Shown piece by piece: positions 37,314 through 47,631 of a stretch of 64,000 nt of DNA (position 1 is its first letter; every line of letters starts with the position of its first letter). Location of the stretch: the sequence record NC_054925.1. One strand, given 5' to 3'. Under the pieces are notes generated by a model, which did no database searches, was not told the origin of the DNA, and saw nothing but the letters and a program-made list of their open reading frames with translations. The DNA comes from Escherichia phage vB_EcoM_NBG2. The position numbers were made by a program, and so were the translations under genes.

Positions 37314-38597
37314 ATGGCTAAAATCAACGAACTTCTGCGCGAATCAACCACAACGAATAGCAACTCAATCGGTCGCCCAAATCTCGTTGCTTTGACTCGC
37401 GCTACCACTAAATTAATATATTCTGACATTGTAGCAACGCAAAGAACTAATCAACCTGTTGCTGCTTTTTATGGTATCAAATACCTTAACCCAGATAACG
37501 AATTTACATTTAAAACTGGTGCTACTTATGCTGGCGAAGCTGGATATGTAGACCGAGAACAAATCACAGAATTAACAGAAGAGTCTAAATTAACTCTCAA
37601 TAAAGGCGATTTATTCAAATATAATAATATCGTTTATAAAGTATTAGAAGATACACCATTTGCTGATATTGAAGAAAGTGATTTAGAATTAGCTCTTCAG
37701 ATTGCAATTGTTCTTTTAAAGGTTCGTCTATTTTCTGATGCTGCAGTAACAAGCAAATTTGAAAGCTCTGATAGTGAAATTGCGGATGCTAGATTCCAGA
37801 TTAATAAATGGCAAACCGCAGTTAAATCTCGTAAACTTAAAACTGGCATTACAGTTGAATTAGCACAAGATTTAGAAGCAAATGGATTCGATGCTCCTAA
37901 TTTCTTGGAAGATTTGCTTGCAACCGAAATGGCAGATGAAATCAATAAAGATATTCTGCAGTCTTTGATTACAGTGTCAAAACGTTATAAAGTTACAGGA
38001 ATTACTGATACTGGATTCATTGATTTGAGTTATGCATCTGCACCTGAAGCGGGTCGTTCATTATATCGAATGGTATGTGAAATGGTTTCACATATCCAAA
38101 AAGAATCAACTTATACAGCAACGTTCTGTGTTGCTTCAGCTCGTGCTGCTGCGATTCTTGCTGCATCAGGTTGGTTAAAACATAAACCAGAAGATGATAA
38201 ATATCTTTCACAAAATGCCTACGGGTTCTTAGCTAATGGTTTACCGCTTTATTGCGATACTAACAGCCCATTAGATTATGTAATCGTTGGTGTAGTAGAA
38301 AATATCGGTGAAAAAGAAATTGTTGGATCAATTTTCTATGCTCCATATACAGAAGGTCTCGACTTAGATGACCCTGAACATGTAGGTGCATTTAAAGTTG
38401 TTGTTGACCCAGAAAGTTTGCAGCCATCTATCGGTTTATTAGTTAGATATGCTTTATCAGCAAATCCTTACACTGTAGCAAAAGATGAAAAAGAAGCAAG
38501 AGTAATTGATGGTGGAGATATGGATAAAATGGCGGGTCGTTCAGATTTGTCTGTTTTATTAGGTGTTAAGCTACCAAAAATTATCATTGATGAATAA
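37314..38597 (+). CDS. 24: capsid vertex protein gp24, 427 aa
   Basis: Paralog of gp23; size and synteny. Confidence 0.9.
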   Translation: MAKINELLRESTTTNSNSIGRPNLVALTRATTKLIYSDIVATQRTNQPVAAFYGIKYLNPDNEFTFKTGATYAGEAGYVDREQITELTEESKLTLNKGDLFKYNNIVYKVLEDTPFADIEESDLELALQIAIVLLKVRLFSDAAVTSKFESSDSEIADARFQINKWQTAVKSRKLKTGITVELAQDLEANGFDAPNFLEDLLATEMADEINKDILQSLITVSKRYKVTGITDTGFIDLSYASAPEAGRSLYRMVCEMVSHIQKESTYTATFCVASARAAAILAASGWLKHKPEDDKYLSQNAYGFLANGLPLYCDTNSPLDYVIVGVVENIGEKEIVGSIFYAPYTEGLDLDDPEHVGAFKVVVDPESLQPSIGLLVRYALSANPYTVAKDEKEARVIDGGDMDKMAGRSDLSVLLGVKLPKIIIDE

Positions 38598-38601
38598 AAC
38601 A

Positions 38602-38624
38602 AAGGGACCGAAAGGTCCCTTTTT
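38602..38624. terminator. bidirectional terminator between convergent gene 24 and rnlB (AGGGACC-GAAA-GGUCCCU flanked by A- and T-tracts)
   Basis: Palindromic stem with T-run on plus side and A-run upstream. Confidence 0.6.
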
Positions 38625-38626
38625 AT

Positions 38627-39631
38627 TTAACTTACCAATTCAATCCAAGCCGGACGAAGTACATCTTGTACCATTTTAACTAATTCCTTTTTAATCAAAG
38701 AAGGATTATCCGCTTGAGTTAGAGTAATACCTTCACGAGAAGTTTCTTCCAAAATATCTTGAACAGTTAGTCCCATCACCTTTCCAAAATCTTTTGGACC
38801 AATTTCGCCAATTTTAGAAATAACGTTATTTACTCGGTTTAGTGTAACGTAACAAGCTAAAATCCCCACCAATTTGTTATCAGCTTCTGACAGTTCAACT
38901 TTAGCTTTAATAGGCTTATCAGACTTTTTCTTTTCACTAAATTTAGAGTTCTTGCATTTGATAGCTACGCGATTGCCATTAGGCATCCAAGAAGGATAAC
39001 AAGGTTTCAATACATATCCTTCAGCGGTAAATACTTCGCCTTTTACTTCAGCATTCCAAACGCATTTATTTGCATCAACTAATCCAGCATGGTCTACCGT
39101 AAAATTATAATCCTGGACGACAGAATCTAAATCATTTGGCAATTTAATAAGTTCTTCAAATTTACCGCGACCTAAAAGTGGAGCCATTTTAAATTTAAAT
39201 GTATTACAAAATGATTCCATCATATAATCATCGACATAAGTCACATCACCACTTTCTGTAGTGACAATAATGTCAAATACATAAAAATCTTTATCGCCAT
39301 AATCGACATTCTTCTGAATGCCAGGTCCAGCGAATTCGCCAAAAACTTGATAAGATACAACCGCTGAAGTTTCCATAATATCTTGTACTGCTTTAATGGA
39401 ATCAGAGTAATTCTTCAAAATAATTTCATACCCAAAGAAATCTTCAGCAGGAAGAATAGGACCAGTGCGTTTAGCGCAAGTTACTTTATCACGCTCAATA
39501 ATCAATGAGAAATTTGTGCCGTGAATCTTTTCACGAGCTACCCACTTCCCACCAGTCAATCCCAAGCTATAAAGTTTTTCAATAAATTTAGAATTGTAAT
39601 GATTTTCAAGACTGCTATACTTTTTAAACAT
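38627..39631 (-). CDS. rnlB: RNA ligase 2, 334 aa
   Basis: Nucleotidyltransferase motif I lysine in EKIHGTN; size and position after gene 24 as in T4. Confidence 0.85.
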   Translation of the reverse strand: MFKKYSSLENHYNSKFIEKLYSLGLTGGKWVAREKIHGTNFSLIIERDKVTCAKRTGPILPAEDFFGYEIILKNYSDSIKAVQDIMETSAVVSYQVFGEFAGPGIQKNVDYGDKDFYVFDIIVTTESGDVTYVDDYMMESFCNTFKFKMAPLLGRGKFEELIKLPNDLDSVVQDYNFTVDHAGLVDANKCVWNAEVKGEVFTAEGYVLKPCYPSWMPNGNRVAIKCKNSKFSEKKKSDKPIKAKVELSEADNKLVGILACYVTLNRVNNVISKIGEIGPKDFGKVMGLTVQDILEETSREGITLTQADNPSLIKKELVKMVQDVLRPAWIELVS

Positions 39632-39640
39632 AATTAATCC

Positions 39641-39919
39641 TCAAAATGTAATTTCTAACCAATCACCATCACGCTGATCACTATTGACTTTAAAGCTGAA
39701 TCCTTCTTTTCTCAGCCAATCACCAATTTCTTCAGTAATCAATTTATCACGAGCAGTACAATAATAACTAAAATGTGTTTTACCTTGTTCAGCTGCTTTA
39801 TTAGCAAGTTCCGAAAAATCTTTAATAAAACACTCTAGCTTAAACTGTTTACTTTTGAATGCTTTTTCGCGTAATTGATTAGCAAAAGATTCATTTTCAT
39901 AAAGATCATACTGTTCCAT
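39641..39919 (-). CDS. hypothetical protein, 92 aa
   Basis: Complete ORF in the rnlB-hoc interval. Confidence 0.5.
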   Translation of the reverse strand: MEQYDLYENESFANQLREKAFKSKQFKLECFIKDFSELANKAAEQGKTHFSYYCTARDKLITEEIGDWLRKEGFSFKVNSDQRDGDWLEITF

Positions 39920-40121
39920 TTTTCACCTTTTTATTGATATGTCTTTTTCTATAGACAACTTTTTCTCGAGTTTCAAATTTATTCTTAGCAGTCATAGCTC
40001 GAGCCCATAATACAGCCACCTCTTTTGCCTGTAAGTTCAATTCACGAGCAATTTCAATGAATGACTTTCCAGACTCATGGAGAGTAAACACCACAACCTC
40101 AGTTCTCATAATCAATCTCAT
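39906..40121 (-). CDS. hypothetical protein, 71 aa, basic
   Basis: Complete ORF overlapping the downstream gene start. Confidence 0.45.
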   Translation of the reverse strand: MRLIMRTEVVVFTLHESGKSFIEIARELNLQAKEVAVLWARAMTAKNKFETREKVVYRKRHINKKVKNGTV

Positions 40122-40190
40122 GTTATCGAGTTGGTGCCATTATATACATCATTTTCTGATTGTGTTTTGCGTGCTTTCAAAATGAAGAAA

Positions 40191-40204
40191 GGGGCCGAAG
40201 CCCC
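40191..40204 (-). terminator. stem-loop GGGGC-UUCG-GCCCC on minus transcript after hoc, followed by U-rich stretch
   Basis: Seen directly 7 nt downstream of the hoc stop. Confidence 0.5.
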
Positions 40205-40210
40205 TTATGA

Positions 40211-41629
40211 TTATGGATAGGTATAGATGATACCAGTTTCTAAAGCAGTTTTATGAATGATGTATCCATTACGCGATTCTTGGACATCAACTTCTGGATA
40301 GTCTTTAATCATCTTCTGAAGAGTGTAACGATGCAGGTAGTATTTACTATCTGGGTCGTCAGTTTTCCAATCTTTACCTTCTTCGGTCATTTTTTGGATT
40401 TCATCCATAACCCACCAACCGCACCAGATATAAGCTGAAGTACGATGTGGAAGAGGATGAACATAAGGTAGTTCACCTTCTGGTTCCGGAGCAACTTTAT
40501 CAGTCACTTGAACTTGACCTGTGGCTTTAACTGTTTTACTATCATAGTCAGTTGCTGTAACGACAGCAGTAACTTCAATAGTTTGACTTCCAATAGATGA
40601 GGTATCAACAGTATATACGTTAGTTGACCCTTCCACAGGAGAAGAATCTTTCTTCCATGAGTAAGTAATTTGTGCTGCTTCAGGTGCGCCATTAACATTA
40701 GCAGTAAATGTAGCCGAAGCATCTTGCTGAACATTAATAGAAGGAGGAGTCAATGTAACCTGTGGATTCATTGTCTTCTTATTAACTGTCAATGATACTT
40801 CATTGGAAGTAACTTCCTTTTCATTATAATTTTCTGCAGTTACTTGGGCTACGCATTTAATTCTTTTTACTCCACTTGTAGTTGGAGTATAGTTAAATGT
40901 AGAGTTAGTTTCTCCACCAACTTGTGAATCATCTACATACCACTGATACGTAGCAGACGCTCCGTCAGGTTGAGAAGCTAATGCAGCAGTAAATTGAACC
41001 GGGGTTCCAATTACTCCAGCAGCAGGACTAGCAGGAGTTACTGCCAAGGTAGTTGTCTGTGTCTTTTTATTAACTGTCAATGATACTTCATTGGAAGTAA
41101 CGCTCAGTGCATCATAATCTGTCGCAGTTACTTGAGCTACACACTTAATTTTTTTAACTCCGCTTGTAGTAGGAGTATAATTGAATGTAGCAGAAGTTGC
41201 TTCGCTCACAGGAGAACCGTCAACGTACCATTGATACGTAGCAGATGCGCCCGATGGCTGTGAAGCTAAGGCAGCAGTAAATTCAACGGCTGTTCCGATT
41301 ACTCCTTCTGGAGGACTATTAGGAGTTACAGCTAAAGTAGTTGTCTGTGTTTTATTTTGAACTGTAATAGTTGTACTAATTTCAGCTGTTTCAGCTTCAG
41401 AATCAGGAATAGTATTTGTTGCAACTACCTTAATAGTCTTTTGACCAGCAGGTCCTTTTAATACATAATTAAAAGTTGCTTCAGCTCCATCTTGTGGAAC
41501 ATCATCTACAGTCCAAGCATATGTAATAGGTCCATCTCCAGTTTGACCACTGGGTGTAGCAGTAAACTGCTTAGTTTCATCAATAACCCCTGTCGGTGTT
41601 TTAGGAGTTATATCAACTGTAAAAGCCAT
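40211..41629 (-). CDS. hoc: highly immunogenic outer capsid protein Hoc, 472 aa, with one extra Ig-like domain relative to T4
   Basis: Recognised N-terminus and C-terminal capsid-binding region; two tandem 96-aa Ig-like repeats. Confidence 0.9.
   Translation of the reverse strand: MAFTVDITPKTPTGVIDETKQFTATPSGQTGDGPITYAWTVDDVPQDGAEATFNYVLKGPAGQKTIKVVATNTIPDSEAETAEISTTITVQNKTQTTTLAVTPNSPPEGVIGTAVEFTAALASQPSGASATYQWYVDGSPVSEATSATFNYTPTTSGVKKIKCVAQVTATDYDALSVTSNEVSLTVNKKTQTTTLAVTPASPAAGVIGTPVQFTAALASQPDGASATYQWYVDDSQVGGETNSTFNYTPTTSGVKRIKCVAQVTAENYNEKEVTSNEVSLTVNKKTMNPQVTLTPPSINVQQDASATFTANVNGAPEAAQITYSWKKDSSPVEGSTNVYTVDTSSIGSQTIEVTAVVTATDYDSKTVKATGQVQVTDKVAPEPEGELPYVHPLPHRTSAYIWCGWWVMDEIQKMTEEGKDWKTDDPDSKYYLHRYTLQKMIKDYPEVDVQESRNGYIIHKTALETGIIYTYP
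40777..41353 (-). repeat. tandem direct repeat, 2 x 288 bp, inside hoc, encoding the duplicated Ig-like domain
   Basis: Plus-strand string ttattaactgtcaatgatacttcattggaagtaac occurs at 40779 and 41067 (period 288 bp). Confidence 0.8.
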
Positions 41630-41638
41630 AAGTTATCC

Positions 41639-42319
41639 TTATTTTAATGTTACGAAAGAAGAATTGCGTGTTTCACGAATTAAAACCGATCCATCGCGAT
41701 TAATGTAATAAATTAAGCTAAATAAAGTTTGGTGTGCTGACGCATGCTCAAAACTTGTTGGGTGAGATTTCCAATCTGGAGTTTCAGCAATCCATTGATA
41801 AATCCACCAAGGAACAGTGCAGAATCCTGGATTTTTTCCAATCAGCTGAAGATTTGGGCTAAAGTTTTCTGGAAGAGTAAATACAGACGGCTTTTCAGAT
41901 TCAATAATCTCAGCTACAGCCTGTTCGAATTTTTCTTCAACAAAAGGAGTATCTTCAATTAAAACAGTGGTATTTTCAGGAATTTTATCCGTTTCTACTA
42001 CTTCAATTTTAATGTCAGATTTAACCGGAGAATCAATCAGAAGTGCTGCCTCTGGATTGACTTCTTCATCGTCATATTTTAATCCGTCTGCGGCATCAGC
42101 AGCATCAATTAAGTCTTTAATAGATAACCCATCAGTCTCTGGCATAGGTTCACTAGCGAGCTTCTGGAGAGCTTCTTCAATATCATTAACGATATTATCA
42201 AAAGATTTATTCTTTTTGACCTTTATACCAAACTGTTCAGCATATTCAGCTAATTTAGCTTTAGCTTCTTTATTATCATCAAGAGCCTTCAGCTCTGCAA
42301 TATAATCTTTATCTATCAT
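41639..42319 (-). CDS. inh: inhibitor of prohead protease, 226 aa
   Basis: Size and position next to hoc as in T4. Confidence 0.7.
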   Translation of the reverse strand: MIDKDYIAELKALDDNKEAKAKLAEYAEQFGIKVKKNKSFDNIVNDIEEALQKLASEPMPETDGLSIKDLIDAADAADGLKYDDEEVNPEAALLIDSPVKSDIKIEVVETDKIPENTTVLIEDTPFVEEKFEQAVAEIIESEKPSVFTLPENFSPNLQLIGKNPGFCTVPWWIYQWIAETPDWKSHPTSFEHASAHQTLFSLIYYINRDGSVLIRETRNSSFVTLK

Positions 42320-42368
42320 AATATTTCCTCAGTATAAATATAGATATATTTATTACTCGGAAAATAGT

Positions 42369-42986
42369 ATGTACCACTTTGTATATGAAACAACAAATCT
42401 AATAAATGGTAAAAAGTATATAGGAAAGCACTCTACTGATGACTTGAATGATGGTTACCTTGGTTCCGGTAAGGCAATTCAGCAGGCTATAAAGAAATAT
42501 GGTGAAAACAATTTCTCTAGAACAATACTAAAAGAGTTTAAAACTTCCGAAGAAGCGTACATGTATGAAGAAGAAATTATAACTCCTGAACTAATAAAAA
42601 GCAAAAATTATTATAATATGAAACCTGGTGGAATTGGTGGAATTGTTATGACTACAGATGTTATAGCAAAGATGAAAGAATCTTCCGCTAAAAGATTTGA
42701 AAACTCACCGGGCACGGTATTAGGTAAAACTTGTTATACTAATGGAACTAAAAATATTTTTATTAAACCTGGAGAACTTGTTCCAGAAGGATTTGTAAAA
42801 GGGATGGTTCATCCTAATAGAAAGTCCAGAAAAGGATGTAAAGTCAAACCGACTACCACAGGAACTTTTTGGGTCAATAATGGCACAATAAATAAATTAA
42901 TACAACCAGACGGTATTATTCCCGACGGATTTATTAAAGGTCGTCTCATGAAAAGAGATTCTAAAGGCAAATTTAGTAAGGCATAA
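42369..42986 (+). CDS. segD: GIY-YIG homing endonuclease, 205 aa
   Basis: N-terminal GIY-YIG module (FVY...YIGKH, conserved R, E, N); position between inh and uvsW as for T4 segD. Confidence 0.7.
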   Translation: MYHFVYETTNLINGKKYIGKHSTDDLNDGYLGSGKAIQQAIKKYGENNFSRTILKEFKTSEEAYMYEEEIITPELIKSKNYYNMKPGGIGGIVMTTDVIAKMKESSAKRFENSPGTVLGKTCYTNGTKNIFIKPGELVPEGFVKGMVHPNRKSRKGCKVKPTTTGTFWVNNGTINKLIQPDGIIPDGFIKGRLMKRDSKGKFSKA

Positions 42987-42988
42987 TT

Positions 42989-44497
42989 ATGGATATTAAA
43001 GTACATTTTCACGACTTCAGTCATGTACGCATCGATTGTGAAGAGAGCACGTTCCACGAATTAAGAGATTTCTTTTCGTTTGAGGCCGATGGATATAGAT
43101 TTAATCCTCGCTTCAGATATGGCAACTGGGATGGACGAATCCGTCTTTTAGATTATAATCGCCTTCTTCCATTCGGTTTAGTCGGGCAAATTAAAAAGTT
43201 CTGTGATAACTTTGGCTATAAAGCCTGGATTGACCCGCAAATTAACGAAAAAGAAGAATTATCAAGAAAAGATTTTGATGAATGGCTTTCTAAATTAGAA
43301 ATCTATTCAGGAAATAAAAGAATTGAACCACACTGGTATCAAAAAGATGCAGTGTTCGAAGGATTAGTTAATCGTCGTAGAATTCTTAATCTTCCAACAT
43401 CCGCTGGTAAATCGTTAATTCAAGCTTTGCTTGCGCGATATTATTTGGAAAATTATGAAGGTAAAATTCTTATCATTGTTCCAACAACTGCTCTGACAAC
43501 TCAGATGGCTGATGACTTCGTCGACTATCGTTTATTCAGTCATGCAATGATAAAGAAAATTGGCGGCGGAGCATCAAAAGATGATAAATATAAAAATGAT
43601 GCACCAGTCGTTGTTGGTACATGGCAAACTGTAGTTAAACAACCGAAAGAATGGTTCTCACAGTTTGGAATGATGATGAATGATGAATGCCATCTTGCTA
43701 CAGGAAAAAGTATTTCATCTATCATATCAGGTTTAAATAACTGCATGTTCAAATTCGGTTTGTCTGGTTCATTACGTGATGGCAAAGCCAATATCATGCA
43801 GTATGTTGGAATGTTTGGTGAAATATTTAAGCCAGTAACGACTTCTAAATTAATGGAAGATGGACAAGTAACTGAGCTAAAAATTAATAGTATTTTTCTT
43901 CGCTATCCCGATGAGTTCACTACTAAATTAAAGGGAAAAACTTATCAAGAAGAAATAAAAATTATTACTGGGCTTAGTAAAAGAAATAAATGGATCGCTA
44001 AATTAGCTATTAAGCTTGCGCAAAAAGATGAAAACGCTTTTGTCATGTTTAAACATGTATCGCATGGTAAAGCTATTTTCGATTTAATTAAAAATGAATA
44101 CGATAAAGTTTATTACGTATCAGGGGAAGTTGATACCGAAACCCGCAATATAATGAAAACCTTAGCTGAAAATGGTAAAGGAATAATTATAGTAGCTAGT
44201 TATGGTGTATTTTCTACTGGTATTTCAGTTAAAAATCTGCATCACGTTGTTTTAGCGCACGGTGTTAAATCAAAAATCATTGTATTACAAACAATCGGTC
44301 GTGTATTACGTAAGCATGGTTCTAAGACAATAGCAACCGTCTGGGACCTCATAGATGATTGTGGCGTTAAGCCAAAATCTGCTAATACGAAAAAGAAATA
44401 CGTTCATTTGAACTATCTTTTAAAACACGGCATTGATCGTATTCAGCGCTACGCAGATGAAAAATTTAATTACGTAATGAAAACAGTTAATTTATAA
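42989..44497 (+). CDS. uvsW: UvsW recombination/repair helicase, 502 aa
   Basis: SF2 helicase motifs (PTSAGKS Walker A, DECH box); size and position. Confidence 0.9.
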   Translation: MDIKVHFHDFSHVRIDCEESTFHELRDFFSFEADGYRFNPRFRYGNWDGRIRLLDYNRLLPFGLVGQIKKFCDNFGYKAWIDPQINEKEELSRKDFDEWLSKLEIYSGNKRIEPHWYQKDAVFEGLVNRRRILNLPTSAGKSLIQALLARYYLENYEGKILIIVPTTALTTQMADDFVDYRLFSHAMIKKIGGGASKDDKYKNDAPVVVGTWQTVVKQPKEWFSQFGMMMNDECHLATGKSISSIISGLNNCMFKFGLSGSLRDGKANIMQYVGMFGEIFKPVTTSKLMEDGQVTELKINSIFLRYPDEFTTKLKGKTYQEEIKIITGLSKRNKWIAKLAIKLAQKDENAFVMFKHVSHGKAIFDLIKNEYDKVYYVSGEVDTETRNIMKTLAENGKGIIIVASYGVFSTGISVKNLHHVVLAHGVKSKIIVLQTIGRVLRKHGSKTIATVWDLIDDCGVKPKSANTKKKYVHLNYLLKHGIDRIQRYADEKFNYVMKTVNL

Positions 44498-44512
44498 GGG
44501 CTTCGGCCCTTT
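44498..44512 (+). terminator. stem-loop GGGC-UUCG-GCCC between uvsW and uvsW.1
   Basis: Seen directly. Confidence 0.4.
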
Positions 44513-44753
44513 GGAGAAAAAGATGTTACTAGAATTTAAACAATTTCTTTATGAAGCTTCTATTGATGAATTTATGGGTAAAATTGCCTCTTGTCAAACA
44601 TTAGAAGGTTTAGAAGAACTTGAAGCGTATTATAAGAAAAGAGTTAAAGAAACTGAATTAAAAGATACTGATGACATCTCTGTGAGAGATGCTTTGGCAG
44701 GAAAAAGAGCTGAATTAGAAGATTCAGACGATGAAGTAGAAGAAAGCTTTTAA
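44511..44753 (+). CDS. uvsW.1: UvsW.1-like small acidic protein, 80 aa
   Basis: Position immediately after uvsW. Confidence 0.6.
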   Translation: MEKKMLLEFKQFLYEASIDEFMGKIASCQTLEGLEELEAYYKKRVKETELKDTDDISVRDALAGKRAELEDSDDEVEESF

Positions 44754-44808
44754 ATTAAAAAAGGCCCAACCAAAAAGGAAGGGCCAAAACTATAGACTAA
44801 AGGTCACA

Positions 44809-44976
44809 CTATAGCAAAAGTTGTGTTTCATTTAATTGTTCTTCCGAACTTTCTGAAACTGGTAGTTCTTTGATGTAATTATAGCAAGGCCCAGGATGTA
44901 CAGGACCTTTGTCTGTTTCAACAACCAATGCAGAATCGATTGGAGTTTTACAGACAACACAAATCTTATCTGACAT
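44809..44976 (-). CDS. small Cys-containing protein, 55 aa (uvsY.-2 position)
   Basis: ORF below track cutoff; GAGGAGA RBS; CVVC...C motif. Confidence 0.35.
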   Translation of the reverse strand: MSDKICVVCKTPIDSALVVETDKGPVHPGPCYNYIKELPVSESSEEQLNETQLLL

Positions 44977-45099
44977 GATTGTCTCCTCTAAATTATATAT
45001 CTATTTATAACGCCATCTTAAAACGCATTTCTTGTACACGCTTTAAACATGCTTCCATTTCTGCTAAAAGTCTAAATACTTCTTTATAATTTGTCATAT

Positions 45100-45327
45100 T
45101 TACCCCATATCTCTCATATGCATATCAATGCCCATATCTTTAGAATAAAAATATTCATCAAGATATCCGGCAAATTTTCCTTTAATATAAAGTACATCTT
45201 CACCACACGGGTGGTCGGCCAGGATACGAATATCCTGACGCTTAAGATTATGCTTTTTCATTAAGAATTGAATTTCCGTTTCAAATTCTTCTTCATAATT
45301 AAAAGCATCATCAATGCTATATTTCAT
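45100..45327 (-). CDS. hypothetical protein, 75 aa (uvsY.-1 position)
   Basis: Complete ORF directly downstream of uvsY. Confidence 0.55.
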   Translation of the reverse strand: MKYSIDDAFNYEEEFETEIQFLMKKHNLKRQDIRILADHPCGEDVLYIKGKFAGYLDEYFYSKDMGIDMHMRDMG

Positions 45328-45740
45328 TATTTTCCAGCCTCAAATGCTCGCATGTCTTGAATATGCTTAATAGCAAATCCACGTGATTTAATAGCATCAA
45401 GAGCTCCGCTACAGAAATCTAATAAAATTCCCCAATATTGTAATGAAGTATCAACTTTTAAAACGTCCTTATCAGCTGATAGAACTGTCTTCATTTCTGA
45501 TTTTTCATAACGATCCATACTAAATTCATCACCATCTCCTCGTCCCGAGTAGTAGTCTAATTTAGCTTTAAGAGCAACTTTTTTCTGTGCTTCAATTCTA
45601 AGCATTTCCTTTTTAATACTTGAATGCTTATTAAGCCATTTACTGTATAACATCACATTATTAGCTGCTTCATACTGTAATTTAGTCGAATCTATAAACA
45701 CATCTTTCTTCAATTCTTCTTGAAGATCTTCTAATTTCAT
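45327..45740 (-). CDS. uvsY: recombination mediator UvsY, 137 aa
   Basis: Recognised by sequence and length. Confidence 0.85.
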   Translation of the reverse strand: MKLEDLQEELKKDVFIDSTKLQYEAANNVMLYSKWLNKHSSIKKEMLRIEAQKKVALKAKLDYYSGRGDGDEFSMDRYEKSEMKTVLSADKDVLKVDTSLQYWGILLDFCSGALDAIKSRGFAIKHIQDMRAFEAGK

Positions 45741-45780
45741 ATTGTTCTCTATTCAATTGTTATTGGATGGACTTAGATTC

Positions 45781-45808
45781 ATTATACCACGTTTATACGT
45801 GAAGCATT
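45781..45808 (-). promoter_or_regulatory. candidate T4 middle promoter for uvsY (MotA box ATGCTTCA, 13-nt spacer, -10 TATAAT) on minus strand
   Basis: Plus strand tgaagcat 45800-45807 and attata 45781-45786. Confidence 0.4.
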
Positions 45809-46205
45809 ATACTCTATTACTGGAAGCCAGTTGCAGTTTTATCTGCTCAATATCATCAGGGTTATCAATGACCGAAAAGCGTATTTCTACTATCAAAGTA
45901 TAATCATCATAAACTGGTATTACATTAACTGCTAATTTATCAATACGTGGCTCGTAGTTTCTTACTGCGCTTTCGATGTTACGCTCAACTGTATCAGCAG
46001 TAAGAGGAGTCATATTCTCAAAAAGCTGATCAGATAAATCGCATCCAAATTCTGGGTCAAACGGTCTCGACCCTTTCCTGGTTGTAATAATTCCCAAAAG
46101 GCTATTTTTAATTGACCTTAATCCAAGAGATCTAGAAACATCTTTGTCCCAATCCATTTTCATTTCTGGGTCAATGTCAGAATAAAGCTTATTAATATTT
46201 GCCAT
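45807..46205 (-). CDS. 25: baseplate wedge protein gp25, 132 aa
   Basis: Size and synteny. Confidence 0.85.
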   Translation of the reverse strand: MANINKLYSDIDPEMKMDWDKDVSRSLGLRSIKNSLLGIITTRKGSRPFDPEFGCDLSDQLFENMTPLTADTVERNIESAVRNYEPRIDKLAVNVIPVYDDYTLIVEIRFSVIDNPDDIEQIKLQLASSNRV

Positions 46206-46831
46206 TACAATAGCTCAAAGAATTCTTTGAGTCCTCTTATTACATGAGCGTGAGTTTTTCCACACTCTGGACACTTAATTGGAACAGCCAAATAAACAGT
46301 AGGCTTTAAAAGTATATCTTTTATAGCTACAATATCTGACTCTGTGATGATAGAATATAAATCTTCCAACTCTTTTTCATTTAAGTCTTCAATTGGAATG
46401 CTTTCACCGTTAGCATGAATCGTTTCTATACATGATACTATCATGTGGGCTATATTTTTATCATCAAAAATTTTAGGGTAATGGAACTTAATTTTAATGT
46501 CACCCAGTGTATACCAGAGGTCTTCTGGTGCATCTATTTGTGTATGTAATAGATTTATATGGGTTGGTATTTCAGTTCCACAGGTGCACTTCCAGGAGTT
46601 TTCGTGATTAACTTCCCCAAGAGAATGTGCCCATAAATGAATCAACAAGAGTTCTGATTCTTGGCGGTTTAAATCTTTTGCGTTTGTACAGTCTTTAATT
46701 AGCTTTTTAACGATCTCTTCTACTGAACCGTTCTTTTTAGCAGTAATAAGTTCTAGATATTCTTTAAGAGTAAATGCGCGACAGTTGATTATTTTAGAAC
46801 CAACTGTCACGTCAAATTTGTATTCATACAT
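46205..46831 (-). CDS. 26: baseplate hub protein gp26, 208 aa
   Basis: Size and synteny. Confidence 0.8.
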   Translation of the reverse strand: MYEYKFDVTVGSKIINCRAFTLKEYLELITAKKNGSVEEIVKKLIKDCTNAKDLNRQESELLLIHLWAHSLGEVNHENSWKCTCGTEIPTHINLLHTQIDAPEDLWYTLGDIKIKFHYPKIFDDKNIAHMIVSCIETIHANGESIPIEDLNEKELEDLYSIITESDIVAIKDILLKPTVYLAVPIKCPECGKTHAHVIRGLKEFFELL

Positions 46832-46852
46832 ATTTAGCTCCTTTATTTATCA

Positions 46853-46864
46853 TATTTATAAATA
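46853..46864. promoter_or_regulatory. overlapping divergent late promoters: TATAAATA on plus (46857-46864, gene 51) and on minus (46853-46860, gene 26)
   Basis: Plus strand reads tatttataaata. Confidence 0.5.
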
Positions 46865-46881
46865 GAATAAAAGGAGCATCT

Positions 46882-47631
46882 ATGGCAAACATTATTCGTT
46901 GTAAATTACCAGATGGTGTTCATCGTTTTAAACCATTTACGGTAGAAGATTATCGAGATTTTTTGTTAGTTCGAAACGATATAGAACATCGGTCACCACA
47001 AGAACAAAAAGAAATAATTGCTGATTTAATTGCCGATTATTTTGGAGACTATCCGAAGACTTGGCAACCATTTATATTTTTGCAGGTATTTGTAGGGTCA
47101 ATAGGTAAAACTAAAGTACCGGTCACATTTGTATGTCCAAAATGTAAAAAAGAAAAGACAGTTCCATTTGAAATATATCAAAAAGAATTAAAGGAACCTG
47201 TTTTTGATGTAGCTAATGTTAAAATTAAATTAAAGTTTCCTTCTGAGTTTTATGAAAATAAAGCAAAGATGATTACTGAAAATATTCATTCTGTTCAAGT
47301 AGATGAAACATGGTATGATTGGAAGGAAATTAGTGAATCGAGTCAAATAGAACTTGTTGATGCAATCGAGATAGAAACATTAGAAAAAATTCTCGATGCA
47401 ATGAATCCTATTAATTTAACATTGCATATGTCGTGTTGTAATAAGTATGTAAAAAAATACACTGATATAGTAGATGTGTTTAAGCTATTAGTTAACCCAG
47501 ATGAGATATTTACTTTTTATCAAATTAATCACACACTCGTAAAAAGTAATTATAGCTTAAATTCAATAATGAAAATGATTCCTGCCGAGCGCGGATTCGT
47601 ATTAAAACTGATTGAGAAGGATAAACAATAA
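46882..47631 (+). CDS. 51: baseplate hub assembly protein gp51, 249 aa
   Basis: Size and synteny. Confidence 0.8.
   Translation: MANIIRCKLPDGVHRFKPFTVEDYRDFLLVRNDIEHRSPQEQKEIIADLIADYFGDYPKTWQPFIFLQVFVGSIGKTKVPVTFVCPKCKKEKTVPFEIYQKELKEPVFDVANVKIKLKFPSEFYENKAKMITENIHSVQVDETWYDWKEISESSQIELVDAIEIETLEKILDAMNPINLTLHMSCCNKYVKKYTDIVDVFKLLVNPDEIFTFYQINHTLVKSNYSLNSIMKMIPAERGFVLKLIEKDKQ

Noticed and set aside
44498-44512. Possibility that uvsW and uvsW.1 are one gene split by a frameshift
   Set aside because: uvsW ends at a clean stop followed by a hairpin, and uvsW.1 has its own ATG; two separate genes is the simpler reading.
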